DNA of 60,830 nt, counting the filler, from Sphacelaria rigidula (Eukaryota), in NCBI GenBank assembly GCA_964200075.2. It is 10 parts of 10 records of this genome, joined end to end, with 100 filler letters (N's around TTAATTAATTAA, not from the genome) between each part and the next. Parts side by side here need not be neighbours in the genome. Positions count along the whole stretch, not along the records: positions 24,374 to 30,366 come from CAXNAA020022952.1; positions 30,467 to 36,459 come from CAXNAA020022953.1; 8 more parts are not named here. One strand, written 5' to 3'. This document shows, piece by piece, positions 24,481 to 36,331 of the stretch. The notes beneath the pieces were generated by a model, which saw only the letters and a list, made by a program, of their open reading frames with translations, made no database searches and was not told the origin of the DNA. The first letter of the stretch is position 1. The number at the start of each line of letters is the position of its first letter. The position numbers and the translations under genes are program-made.

Positions 24481-25577
24481 TGTCGACTCGTCCTGACTGT
24501 GGATGGTTTGGATCCTCCGGCGTGGTGTTTACTTCAACAGCAACATGTTCCACTTGCGTGCAACTTGTGCATTATCATGTGTGTACACAAATGAGTAGAG
24601 TCTGCGCTGACACGATCTGCGGATGGCTGATGAGCCCCAAGAACAGGTGTCAGTATCCAAAGAGGTGACTCACATCGCCAACTCCGCACATCCCACCAAA
24701 CGTGGCATAAGATACATGATGATCGCCGCGGTGACGGATTTACGAGGATCTACAGCAGGGTCTGGGTGCGTTCACGCCATGGTCTCTTTTTGCCGGCGGA
24801 AATTGCGGCACGGACGCACTGCCAGCAGTCTCGTGCTATCCTCACGCGTGTCTCTCTACAGCAGCTTTCACTTATGTCTGCCAGCAGCATCAAACTGTCT
24901 GTACTGTCCGTAACCGCCACAGCTGGCGACGGTGAAATCCCGGAGGCTGGGTGCGATCATGTGCAGCTGCTGTACAGCGACTGATCAGACCCAGGCAAGG
25001 AACATCTGTGTATTACAGAACGCAAAGCACACGGCGTGGCCTCCACGGCTTCACTGGCCGATCCACGCGGCGTCCTTTCCAGTGCAGTAGAGGATTCCAG
25101 CGCATCTGTTACCATGGTGTAGTTCACGGCAGCGTCTAATATTGCATGCAACTGTTGCCCCTAGTTCGTCCTCTTTGCCCTCCTCTCACGCATCAGTTCA
25201 GTACCAGGGTACAGCAGTATGGTCAGCAGTGGTGTGGTTGAGTAAATCCATATCTCTTGACAAAAACCAGAAACCGGGAGTCCGAAAAATACGAGATGAC
25301 CACAATGTGCCACACAGCCAACGATACTCTACAGAGTAAGCCTAGAGAAGAAGCATACCCAGTACCTCTGGCCCACCCTATTTTGTGATTTAGTCACCGA
25401 ACCTTCAACTAGGCAGGACCGGACAACGTTTGCTCACCAATTCCTTTGCACGCCCCCTCCCATTTCTAAATCTGAGATATTTTCTGCCGGAAGAAAATTT
25501 CATCTGGGGCGTCCAATGCGCCGGGTACTTTCTCAAGACAGCTAGTCGATCGTGTCCTGCTGGTGCTCTTCCGGCAG

Positions 25578-25626
25578 GAAAAGGTGCTGCTGCCTCAATT
25601 GGAGGTGCTGCACTCTCTCTATAAAG
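25578..25626 (+). CDS. Possible short upstream exon of the kinase gene
   Basis: cag acceptor, EKVLLPQLEVLHSLYK, phase-1 end compatible with 26317; the donor (gttacc) is weak. Confidence 0.3.
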
Positions 25627-26316
25627 GTTACCAAACAGAGAAGCACGTGGTGTAACCACGACAGACGCAAGTTGAACCTGGCTGTTTCTTGCTAAAATTT
25701 GCAATCAGTACAGTACGGGGAACAGTGCGGTACAAACAGTAGACACAACGGTGGCGGTGTGAGTGAGGTATGCACGTGGACGCCCTTTCTTCTTGAATGC
25801 CGTAAGACTGCGGATAGTACTGTGCGTGCCTGGTTGGCAACACCGATACACTGTAACCGAAATGAGATGTCGAGATGGGTTACTAATTGACTCACTTGTG
25901 GTTCAACCCTGGAGTGTCTTGATTAGTAATTGTCGGGGGGGGGGTTGGCCGGCCACGTTACTGCTGTTTTTCGTTATGAACGTTTTGTATTGTCCTGTGT
26001 GTCGTTGATCTATTTACATAGTGATTAATTGGCCTGTTTGCTCAGACCCGTCATCATATAAAAATATTTCCGCCAAAGTGACAATAATTTGTGACAAATA
26101 CGTGTGTTAAATGATATCATGGCCATATATCGCTTTTTGAGAAGGAAAAATAAAAAGTTATTATAAAGTATTGAAGATAATGACTTCCTACATAGCTCTG
26201 ATACTGCACAAAACGACGCATTAAAATAAGTGCGGGACAATTTCCGAGGATTGAAGTATGACAATAGGTGTAGCATACCACCAGTGATGGAAGCAGCTTT
26301 GTTTCCTTGGATTCAG

Positions 26317-26507
26317 GTGACACCGAAGAAATGAGCACTGCTGTGGGCCAAGTAGGTGATCCCCATCAGGGTGACGATGACGATGATGATCTTGGACCTC
26401 CACCATCGCCTCCTCGCGGAGGTATTGCCTTGAGAGGCGTAGTACCTACGGTACCCTACACCGTATCACCTGGTACTGCTGCTTCAGTCGGCGGAGAGAT
26501 TCAAGAG
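26317..26507 (+). CDS. Probable low-complexity exon upstream of the kinase domain
   Basis: ttcag acceptor and gtacac donor; DTEEMST...DDDDDDLGPPPSPPRGG...EIQE; phase-0 end joins 27490. Confidence 0.5.
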
Positions 26508-27489
26508 GTACACACAACAGTACATATACAGATTGCTCTGGGAGTAACGAAAACATGGCGTGAAACAGGTTGCTGTGGGAGTAACGACTCAGGCTGGTGA
26601 CGCAGGGCTAGAATACGAGTTCGCGCTGCTGTGGGACATTCAATGTTTCCCAGATGATGTGCAGAAAACATGCTCGCTGTCGCGGTGTAGTCGCAGTACC
26701 GTTACATGTACCCGCCGTTCCCTACGGTATTCCACTCGTCCGTTACAAGTTGCATATGTCGCGAGGGGATGCACGCCCCAAATCGCGGCGGAACTGTCTG
26801 CGCTGAACTCTGCAGCCTGCTGAACGCTGTAGCCTGCTGAACTGTGTAGTCTCCTCCACGAAGACTGTGGGCAACCAATCATAAGCCCCTTACATCTATA
26901 AGTATGATATCTGTACAATTGTCTCCGTCCGAAACGGGTGCCAAATGGTGTGCCGTTTGTTGGGCGCTTGATAATCAACTCAACCGCGCTTGCTCAGTTG
27001 GCCCGCAGACCCCCCCCCCCCCCTATTATTTGCGATCTGCTCTTGATAGAGGAATTGGTTTGTGTTGACAGCTCACTACATGCGGCACACCTTGGTGCTG
27101 TATCATGGAGCCCTTGTGAGATTCGAAACAACAGAAGTCCTGTAGGTCGTCACTTGTGGCGATTCGGCTGCGGTCGTCCTACGTATTGCCCCTTCTCGTT
27201 GGAAGGCCAGTAAACGCGTGTGGGTACCAGGGCGTAACACCTACAAAAAACACACACAATATCCCGATGTTTACCATGAAGGGTATCCACAGGCCGCACT
27301 TGAGCGTGTAGCACTAAAGACAGAGCACATAATTTCAACATTCACCGTTCTTCCCTTCTCCCATGCGCCCCCCTCTCCTATCGCGCTTGCTCCGTACAAA
27401 GCTGCACCACGGTCCCGCCCACTCCCGCCTCCGCTTCCGCCCGCCTCTCCGCTTGCCCGCGTGCCTGCTGAAACCAACAAATCAACCAG

Positions 27490-27759
27490 CCTCCTGATCG
27501 GCAATGGGATTGCAAGTTCACAACCGATGTCCGGTGGGGCAAGAATGCGCAGGGCCAACAGACCGTGAACGAGTATGTGCTGCTGGGAGAGCTCGGTCGC
27601 GGCTCCTTCGGCCGCGTCCAGCTGTGCGAGCGGCGGGTCGGCAAACCCCCGTGGCGACGCTTTGCGATGAAAATTATGAGTAAACCTCGCCTGCGGAGGT
27701 TGAGCGAGTACGTCAACACTCCGTCCGGAGGTATGCAGAAGATTACGGCGGAAGACAAG
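27490..27759 (+). CDS. Ser/Thr protein kinase exon (subdomains I-II), CAMKK/GRIK-like
   Basis: ccag acceptor and gtactg donor, 270 nt. VNEYVLLGELGRGSFGRVQLC...FAMKIMSKPRLRR contains the GxGxxG loop and the catalytic Lys. Confidence 0.88.
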
Positions 27760-27945
27760 GTACTGTTGAGCAACCGTCGTGTGTACGGTTGAACTTCCCG
27801 CGTTTTTGGGATACGGGAAATCTGGAAGGAACATTCATGTGGAAGGTTGAACGATCCACCTGATTGAGTAGTAAATTTGTACACGCCTGCAGCATTACGG
27901 TGTTTGCGCAGACTAATTTCGGATCAGGACTTGGACTTTATTATT

Positions 27946-29638
27946 CCCCCGAAGTCCAAAGGCAGTCCAAAGTTCGATGGTTGCATTTCGCTCGGTTTGG
28001 TATTTTAATAGTAGATGCTATTGGCCAACAGGCGTGACGTGTAACGTGTAACCGTCCTCCCGACAACACACACCACACCACCCACCTCGCTGCTCGCGCA
28101 AACACCAGAGCACAAACCCAGAACATGGCGAATCAACGGGTGATGGTGTGGCAGTGGTGTTCTTTTGAAGTCAGCACAGCAACATATGCTCAAAGAAATA
28201 GTATGTTGAGCGCAACTTGACACTGACAGCGATGGACGTGATGTGTCTCCGGTTTGCACAGAACTTGTTGCAGACCAGGAGAATTATTTTGATCACAAGT
28301 CATAAATCACATGGGCGCAAACAACATACTTTTTACTCGTGGCCTGTCTTTGCCACCTGCCCGACCCCTCTTGTGTTGCCAACATAGCTTTACACTGTAG
28401 TGTTGTTGTGGAACACAAAGACACCAGTAGCGTGCAGTAGACTGAGTTCAGTGTAGAACGATGCACGCTCACTGTTTCTTGCCGCTGAGTCCAGCGAAAG
28501 TATACAACATTCAAGAATCTGATACATTCTAACTTGGTCGGCACTTGAGTACACGGGGGTGTAAACTCGTGAGGGATTCTTCTGCAGTATTTTCTCTATA
28601 TTCGCGGAGCATCCAGGTAAACTCTAGGTAGCAGGCAGTAGGTCGTAGTGTAGCGTGTGTACTATCCGTGTCCAGTCCCAATCACGTATGATTCCTCCAA
28701 AGGGCGATAAATACTTTGACCCCACCCCAATTCTGTGTAGATCGAAACACGGCATGCAGCACTAAAATTGTTCAGGCACTCTCCAGCGCACATCGCACCG
28801 TGATCGTCGTCGAGTGTTTAGATGCACAACAGCACAGCGACAACCACAGCATATAAGTGATGGGTCTGGGAAGCGCCTTGTTTGTTCTACTCGAAACGAA
28901 ATAGCTAACACACCATGAACGTTTCAACAGCGTGTAAAGAGCACTCGTGCCGAAAAAGCTATTTTTCGAAGAGACGAACGCCATGGCAGTAATAAAGAAA
29001 CTCAGGTAGTCAGTCCCAGCGGAGACCCAACCGTCTTTAAAAAGGCATGGAGACACCACAGCGCAGCGACAGAGACAGCACAAGAGACAGCGCATGAGTG
29101 TGTTTGTGCTGCAGCACAGTGAAACAGTACATGTCTCATGTGATGGTTCTTCCCCTCATTTCAGACGGGTCCTCAATTTTTGCCGAGTGCCGTCTTGAAA
29201 ACGCTCGGCCATGATCGAGCTTCGCGCGAAAATCTTCCAAATCACCTTGAGTTACCCTTTTCTGTGGGAGGTGAGCCGAAAACACGTCTCCTGCTGTATC
29301 GCATGCTTGCTCCCTTCTCCTGCTCGGAACTTCCATGCAAGCCGGATACACGTCACGTTTGTTTTATATTGATCGTACTACTCGCTGTCTGTGCCAAGTT
29401 GTGCTCAAGGCTCGTTCTTTTTGCATATGCTGCTGTGCTGACTTCATGAGAACACCACTGTCACATCAACCGTTCTCGGCGTGTGGTCTCGTGTGCGCCC
29501 TACGCGCGATGATGGAGCTGGTGTGGTATGTGCCGGGGGGAAGGAAAACCCTTCGGGCCTGTCGGCCAATAGCATGTACATCTAAAAGACCAAACCGAGG
29601 GAAGATCACAACGTTGTTTATGCTGCGGACTTCGGGGG
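27946..29638. mobile_element. Old foldback/long-TIR non-autonomous element (~330-bp diverged arms)
   Basis: 27946-28285 is a diverged reverse complement of 29315-29638 (CCCCCGAAGTCC / GGACTTCGGGGG; CAGTGGTGTTCT...GAAGTCAGCACAGCA / TGCTGTGCTGACTTC...AGAACACCACTG). Confidence 0.75.
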
Positions 29639-30532
29639 CAAATCTGCTTCCCAGACCACCGTAATCCTAACCCTAATGCGGACTTGGGATTGTTGACCAA
29701 TAGAAAAGACCGAGCCCAATACCCGAATTTGGTCTTCACATTACCGTCGTCGGTTGGGTCTTGAAAAACTACTTGTTAAGCCGAAATCGGGTGACATTAG
29801 GGTCTTGCTCTGGACTTCAACACCAAATCCGAGTTTCATCTCCGCAAACACCCTATTACCCTGTCAGGAAAAGTGTAGGAAAAGTGTGTCGTTGAAAGGC
29901 CCGTGTTATCGAGTCCAAAATGTGGGAACGCGACTTGATAGTGACAGTGATTGTGGCGATTGGGGATTTTCGTTTTGTTTTAACGATTCCGAGTGGTTGT
30001 GAGTTGATGTCACATTCTCACCTCCCCCAAAATCACTTTCCCGACGTACACGGCTCGCGCAGAGGGATGCGCAACGCTATATCTCCCAGCACTTAGCCGA
30101 GTGAGGAAGCATAGGCTCATCGGTGGGTAGTACGGACCAGCGCTTTCCAGCGCGGTGGCCATCACGCGCAAGGAGAGTGGGCGTTGTAGCGCGATCGAAA
30201 CCCGGATAGTCTCTCCCACGAGGAAGAACAGCAGCAGCAGTAGCAGCAGTATCGACACCGGCTGATTCAGACCCACCCCAGCCGTACACTTCCCCCCTCA
30301 CCTCTAGACTATTGGGTTGGCGTCGAGTGGCAACGGCACTGTAAAACAAGCCACCAAAACCTAGACNNNNNNNNNNNNNNNNNNNNNNNNNNNNNNNNNN
30401 NNNNNNNNNNTTAATTAATTAANNNNNNNNNNNNNNNNNNNNNNNNNNNNNNNNNNNNNNNNNNNNAGAAAAAAATGGAAAACCCAGGAATGCGTGGTCA
30501 ATGGTCAAACGACTAAGGCAAGCAACAAATGA

Positions 30533-30850
<318 letters not shown>

Positions 30851-31588
30851 TAGTTATATATATATTTCCCCCGTTTTTCAGATCGAGAAGCATTCATTAG
30901 ACTGACGTCAATAAGGATCAGTTTTGACTGCAGCGAAATAGTTGATTTCCGGCGCCGAAAAATACCCGCGAACCACTCCCCCAGGGCTTTGAAGTCCATC
31001 CAGGAAACACTCCAATACATTACGCGCACGGCTTTTCATTTTTGACGGTTCGGTTGGGTATGGAAGTGGCTCCTGCGCAAGACCTCTCCCACCGAAGAAG
31101 CCATATGGCAGCGGTACTATTTCTCGTGTTTTTTCTTTTTCACCTTTCCTGTCTTTGCTTCGTGTTTTTCTTCTTTTCTTTTTTTTCCTCCTGTCTTTTT
31201 TTTTCTTTAGTCTGCTCTGTCTGTTCCACCTTTCCGTGTTCCTTCGCTTTTCTTCAGCGAGCGTTTCCATTTGGTTTTACCTCGGGCACGTCTATCATCT
31301 ACCATGCGATTACGACTGAATCTCTGGATGATCAGTGGAAGTACGACAACCAATCAATCAACCAAATTCATGGCGCTGGAACCTACCTGTTCGCGCAGTG
31401 TTACTGGGATAACCTCGAGACAGCCCCCCCCCCCCCCTCCCCACCTCCCCAGTTTAATTTGGACCGATGGAGCAGAGAAGGTATACCTTGAGATACTTAG
31501 CTTACATTAGGCTTATATTTTATGCAGTACACTTCTTGTCTAGTGAATGCAACTATTGACCATATATTGTCGAAAATGTAAAATATTT

Positions 31589-33243
31589 CAAGGGTCGGAC
31601 AAATAATGCCAAACTAGTTGCGAGCTAACACAACTCACTTGCCGTCTGACATCACATCAGAATTCACAGGTAAATCCCTGGTCACAATACAGGTGTCGTC
31701 TATATCCCGTATTATACGGAGGAGACGAGGCTCATATGTGGTATCACATGTAATGTGTCGAATAAGTAGAGTGTATCCGGGCAATAATATTTGAAAAAAT
31801 ATACTCGATTTCGTGAGTCTGTTTGGTCATGGGTATCCGGATCTTTTGCGTACAGGCTGGTTCACGCTTTATGTGCCTACATTTAGTCAGCCGCAAATGC
31901 TCACGCCGATAATTGGACTCTGACTCTGAAAAGTACATATATGCGCTACGGGGCATTGCGAACATTTCGGAGAACGGTGTTCTTGTTTTTCCCGCCAGTT
32001 ATCAGGGGTCACCAGATTTTTTAGGGCATTTTGGGACCTGACTCTGTTTGTTCTGTTTCTGTTTTATTCGCGGTTCTTCAGGGAGTTTTTCGATTTTGTT
32101 TGTATCTTGGGTATGTCCATAATGTGACCCAAGGCTGGATCCCTGGGCAATCAGCCAAGGTGCGACAATCAACATGCTCATCTAGGACCCCCGAAAACCG
32201 GCGAAAAATGTCGAAATGCCTCATGGTGCATGTGTGGAAGTTTTCAGAATCTAACTCCAAGAATAGACGTGAAATTTTGTGATTTTGTGCGAGGAAGTGA
32301 GCTTGAAAGGTACAAACTCCAAATTCCTTCGTTTTAAATATTGAAACGAGTTTTTCCAGAAGCCAGTAAAGAGCGGAGGCACTTTGAAATAGTTATAATG
32401 GTCTTCAACAATACGTTCATTTTCATTTGAAGCATCAATGCCCTCCGAACTACCAAGTTTGAGGACGACGTGGGCTTTGGTACGACAGATAAAAGGGAAA
32501 CTGGCAGGAGTGCTACCGGATCGTTGGTGAATGTCACCCGTGGAAATCCGACACGTATATAATAGGCCTAAACCTTACATAATCAAAATACCATGGTTCG
32601 GACGAATTATCGCCGGCCCGAATCAACATATCCATGATTCTGCAGGCCTGATTGCTCGAAAGAGGGAAGGAAGTCGACCGATGGTCTAAAAGGTTCCCAC
32701 GCAACTTTTGCGCCATCCCGCGTGCCTGGGCTGCGTGTACTTGGGTTGCAACGCTGAAAACAAAGCCCAAGGATGTATCGATTCGTACCGTACGAATCAA
32801 TCACACTAGAATCAAGTGATTTCCAGACGAATCATTTATTCGTCCGACCCGTGCAAAATACCACAGTTTGCCTTATAATTCGATCCCCGTTGTGGCCGTT
32901 TTTTAAGTCTGTTTCTCCTCCCATTAGATTCCCGAGCTCGTGGTGATAACTCCGATTTTGAAGCATGCAGAGATTGGGGAAGAAGTGCACGGTTAGGACA
33001 AAACACCACGACTACGAACACCAAACTCACGATTTCTTCGGCCTGATTGCTCGAAAGAGAGAAGGAAGTCGACCGATGGTCTAAAAGGTTCCCACGCAAC
33101 TTTTGCGTCATTCCACGTGTCTGGGCTGCGTGTACTTGGGTTGCAACGCTGAAAACAAAGCCTAGAGAATGATTCGTACGATTCGAATCAGTCGTACTGA
33201 AACCAAGTAATTTCCAGACAACTCATTATTCGTCCGACCCTTG
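31589..33243. mobile_element. Non-autonomous TIR DNA transposon (CAAGGGTCGGACRAATAATG ends; P- or hAT-like) in the KRR1 intron
   Basis: Left end CAAGGGTCGGACAAATAATG, right end CATTATTCGTCCGACCCTTG; the right ~210 bp is duplicated internally (32640-32853); TSD not clear. Confidence 0.75.
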
Positions 33244-35044
33244 AGATAATGGGTTAGAAGTTCGCACACTCATTTTCAGATTAACTGAAAGGCCATCGAT
33301 AGGTTGAGGTACCTTTTCGCCTAGGGCTCGGAAATGACTTGTCTAACCATTAATCAGTCAATTTGTAAGTGATGGTTCGGTCATCGAGCGGGGGAGCCGC
33401 GAGCCATGAAGCTCCGTCTCGAAAGGGATGCGTGGTCAATGGTCAAACGACTAAGGCAAGCAACAGATAAGAATGCCCCCCCCCCTCCCGGCAGAGGGTG
33501 CTCCGCCAGAGGCGTCCCCCGAGGACCCCGATGGAGGCGCCGTGCCGTAGGCGCGTTCTGACGCGATTTTGCTTCACTACAGCTAAAACAAATACGCTAA
33601 AATAAGCCGCTAACTGTAAGTAATGGTTTGAAACCATTATCCACAATTTTCATATAACCATCACCATTATTGCCATTATAATGATATTTGCCGGGTATAA
33701 CCGGCACCATTTCCGAGCTCTATTTTCGCCCTTAGCATGACCGCTGACCTTGAGCAAAAATCCGACTATTTATCCCTCTTCAGTTGTCCATGGCAGTCAG
33801 CATGATACCATGTCTGCGACTTTTGGAAAGGGATGGCGGAAGACATTCCGCTGGTTGATGAATTTTGGGCAATGTCACGGTTTCAGTGACGGCGCCACAG
33901 TCGGTTTTATTGTAAAGATACAGCAGAACCGACGCTAGTGTTGTGTTCAGAAGCGAAACAAAATATATTTCTTTTCAAAACATGAGTCAAGATATGTCAA
34001 ACTGTGACCTCTTTTTTTCTGCGATTTTTCTTTCGACTTTTTGGCATCGAGTTACAGTGACGGCGAGGACCGTTTTTTTTTTTCTATAGCGTGTTTTCGC
34101 CCGTAGAAGAGGGGCAAAATATGGCCATTTTTGACCGACTATTTTTTGTGCGGCCGTTCAAACTGTATGGGGGAAACCGTCAAGTTAATGTTGAATGTTG
34201 AAAAAAAAAAAGTTTTGACTTATGAAAACGTCAAGGAATGCAATAAGGGAAGCAAGGATATAATTGGACACCGAGAAAGGGACTGTGCAAACATCACACA
34301 CCCTGGACATCATTTGGTCAATAAATTCAAAAGACCGAAAATGTACCAGATTAAAAATAGATCCACTGCACCTGTTCACCATATTTTGTCCACAGTGTGA
34401 CATATTAAGCAAACTTCTTGGACAAGAAGTATGTGTGTATCTTGGACAGGAAGTATGTGTACATACACAAACAATACACACATAATTTTGTATACTTGCT
34501 TTCGCACGGACATCATGTACGCACCTCCTCATCAACCGAGCGGACGATGGAGAGGGTAGGATATAGGATGTACCCTGCTCTCTGTGCTGATTGGTACGGT
34601 AAAAGTGCGCCTGAGGCGAGCCTTGAACAACCGGGTGCGGGCGATGCTTCCCTCGGTCTCGATTGACATGAACGATGTTTTCGTGAGATGGACAGCCTGT
34701 GCGTGATTGAGGAGGAGTTTTACTGTTCGCTCTTACTTCACCAATATTTCTGTTTGTGTGTGCTCTTCGTTGCCAGTAACACTGGCGTGTGCTTACAGCT
34801 ACATGTCGATATCTTACTCGAGGGATATCAAAGGCTTCAGTGGCAAGCTACTACAGAAAGCGTGTCGGGCCTCGTGGAGGGGCATTTCGGAACTAAGACT
34901 GTTTCATTGGTTGATTGAACGGCTCTCACTTTCAATCGTATCCTACTCTCTCAGTTTCACGAAATCATTGTCCACCGTGGAAAACGACACTTCGCATCAG
35001 TCATGAATGCGGAGTGCAAGATCATGAACATCGCCCCCCCCTCC

Positions 35045-35758
35045 TGGCGAACCCCCGATGGGGTTGGCCTCGGTTGGCGATGACGCTATAGAACACGCCA
35101 CTCACTGCCTAAGCGAGGCAACCAGGCTACCGATTTTGTTTTGCGCGCTTGCGTTTTTTTTGCGGTAACTATAATGGTTGTCGAGGTAGATCATGTTGTG
35201 CGGCGTGGGGGAACCTCAACTCCGCACGATAGGAATGATCGTACTACGTGGTGTTTGAATAGTGAGACAACCATGCGGCAGCATATGAGCCGTGGCTGTC
35301 TCTGGAAGTGGCGATACCAGAAAATGAAGCAATTAGTTGTTGGCTGTCATTCAAATGCAAGATAATCAGTAGTGTTCGGGTCGAACACTCTTGGCAGGAT
35401 GCAGCTCACCCTTTATGCGACTCGCCGGACACACCACGGCGTTTCGTGCCGTGGCGATTGAGTGCGAGCCTGGTCCGGCGAAAACCCGGCGTGCCCCGTG
35501 CCGGCTTTGTAGGGATGCGAGGTGAATGGTGTGATGACTATGGCATGCATGATCATGGGTACACCCCCTCCTGGCGGAAGAATCTTGTGTAGGATGCAGC
35601 TCACTCTCCACGAGACTCGCCGAGCACATAACGGTGCTTCGGGCTTGGTGATTGCAAGCCTGGTCCTGCGACGACCCGGTGTACTCCGTCCCGGCTTTGT
35701 AGGGGTGCGAGGTCAGTTGTCTAGTGTCTACGGCATGCAGAGAGTCATGAGTACCCCC
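35045..35758 (+). repeat. Interspersed repeat ending GCATGATCATGRGTACACCCCC, with its 3' ~180 bp tandemly duplicated
   Basis: Homologous segments at 48100-48645 (+), 43015-43170 (+) and 18106-18180 (-). Confidence 0.8.
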
Positions 35759-35813
35759 GGTCCTTTCCTCCCCATTTCCAATCTGTTTCTTTTGCCCAAC
35801 GACCAACCAACAG

Positions 35814-35954
35814 CCGGCCAAGATCCGAGAAAAAAAGGAGTACACCCCGTTCCCCCCAGCGCAAACGCCTCGCAAGGTGGACGAGCAACTGGAAACGGGA
35901 GAATTCTTCCTCAACGAGCGGCAGAGAAAAGCCAAGAAGAAAGCGGAGAAGAAG
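35814..35954 (+). CDS. KRR1: KRR1 next exon
   Basis: aacag acceptor and gtgcgg donor, 141 nt; [47 protein letters not shown] contains the conserved KKEYTPFPP...GEYFL motif; phase matches 30838. Confidence 0.93.
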
Positions 35955-36125
35955 GTGCGGAAATGGGTGCAAGAAGGTTTTTCGTTTCCTTGCGGCGCAA
36001 CCAGCTCCACTCCCCCCCGTTCCAAGGATATAGGTGTAGGTGCGGGTTAGGGTCCAGCCGCCGATGAGGTCCCTCGGGCACGGGTTGTTGTTGAAGTAAC
36101 GTTTGAGTTTTCTTCGTAATTTTTG

Positions 36126-36331
36126 CAAGGGCAGGTTGAGTAGAGTATACTCAATTGCGAGGTGATTTAAAAGTCGTACTTGAAGTACACAGATTGGGGG
36201 TAGGGGACTGGGGGATCGCTTTCCAGTTATTCTCTGAGTACGACTTTTAACACTCTACCCTAGTTTGAGTACCTCAAGTTCATATTTCACAATGCCCCGC
36301 AATTGAGTATACTCTGCTCGACCTGCTCTTG
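36126..36331. mobile_element. 206-bp MITE with ~34-bp TIRs and an 8-bp TSD (P- or hAT-like)
   Basis: CAAGGGCAGGTTGAGTAGAGTATACTCAATTGCG ... CGCAATTGAGTATACTCTGCTCGACCTGCTCTTG; flanks AATTTTTG / AAATTTTG (7 of 8 match). Confidence 0.85.

Noticed and set aside
24627..24665. Hammerhead ribozyme core CTGATGA (here and at other CTGANGA sites)
   Set aside because: No stem II followed by GAAA at the sites I inspected.
30010..30276. Minus-strand exon with a signal-peptide-like Leu run
   Set aside because: The Leu run comes from a (CAG)n-like repeat and no family motif is recognisable; a gtgaga donor alone is insufficient.
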